Below, piece by piece: positions 63,408-64,000 of a DNA stretch of 64,000 nt (within the stretch, counting starts at the first letter, position 1; each line of letters begins with the position of its first letter). The stretch lies in NCBI RefSeq assembly GCF_040938485.1, contig NW_027270977.1, forward strand, positions 248,001-312,000. Reading direction: 5' to 3'. Under the pieces are notes generated by a model. The model searched no databases. It saw only the letters and a program-made list of their open reading frames with translations, and was not told where the DNA came from. This stretch comes from Diadema antillarum. Its lineage: Eukaryota. Both the position numbers and the translations under genes were made by a program.

Positions 63408-64000
63408 TTCACTTCACTTCAATTCAATTCAATTCAATTCAATTCAATTCAATTCAATAGTTTATTTATTTCCATCATCAAAAAGAAAAGAAAAGAAAAA
63501 GTTGACATAATCCAAAGTGATACAATTTTTTTTCATTTCTCTTACACTGAACTGATAAAGGATTTTTTCAATACAATATTAAGTATATATACACGAATGA
63601 TGTCGTAAAAAAGAAACAATGCACTATGCCATGGCAACAAAAATAGTAAATAATCACAATGATGGAAAACAGTGTTCCACTAAAAAAGCCAAGCTTGTAA
63701 GACGTGGAACACTGGAACAGAACAACAACAGCACCAATTTGTTATACCAATAAAACATATTCATTTTAAATTCTTCTATATACTATTGTACATTTTACTC
63801 ATTGATATATGATGCTGATACTATGAACAATACTTACTAGGATTTTAGAATGCAAACGTATAAACTTTGTAACATATCACATTTGTGGCACAGACACTAT
63901 GGGGCCAGGTGTGCCAGGAAAATTCAACGGAAAGGAAGATATGCAATCGGCCACAAAAAACATAACGACGACAACAACAACAACAATAACACAAAACATA
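63408..64000 (-). mobile_element. Second copy (3' end) of the same CR1/L2-group LINE, running off the window
   Basis: Near-identical by eye to 54581-55140, including the 3' UTR hairpin and a longer (TTGAA)n tail. Confidence 0.93.

Overview
Eukaryotic (animal) genomic DNA, AT-rich, with two assembly gaps (13287-13428, 50980-51116). The repeat landscape and GPCR type suggest an invertebrate deuterostome, most likely a sea urchin; this is inference, not shown directly. Three protein-coding genes can be built by hand with GT-AG introns and consistent phases. (1) BPNT2/IMPAD1, the Golgi PAP phosphatase: minus strand, 5 exons, 11627->7091, about 357 aa. (2) A complete DEP-DEP-linker-PDZ DEPTOR orthologue: plus strand, 9 coding exons, 17438->40753, about 417 aa, head-to-head with BPNT2. 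(3) A single-coding-exon rhodopsin-class GPCR: plus strand, 62131->63213, about 360 aa. The rest is a dense set of non-autonomous DNA transposons (piggyBac-, Kolobok-, Harbinger-, Tc1- and CACTA-like MITEs), two near-identical copies of a CR1/L2-group LINE bracketing the GPCR, and several tandem arrays. The most notable points are the invertebrate DEPTOR with a rewired linker degron, a ~5 kb CpG-retaining island with CRE sites and strong splice donors inside DEPTOR intron 7, a MITE carrying a promoter-like module in BPNT2 intron 1, and the LINE-bracketed orphan GPCR. I found no convincing wholly new multi-gene system; all calls are by eye with no database searches.
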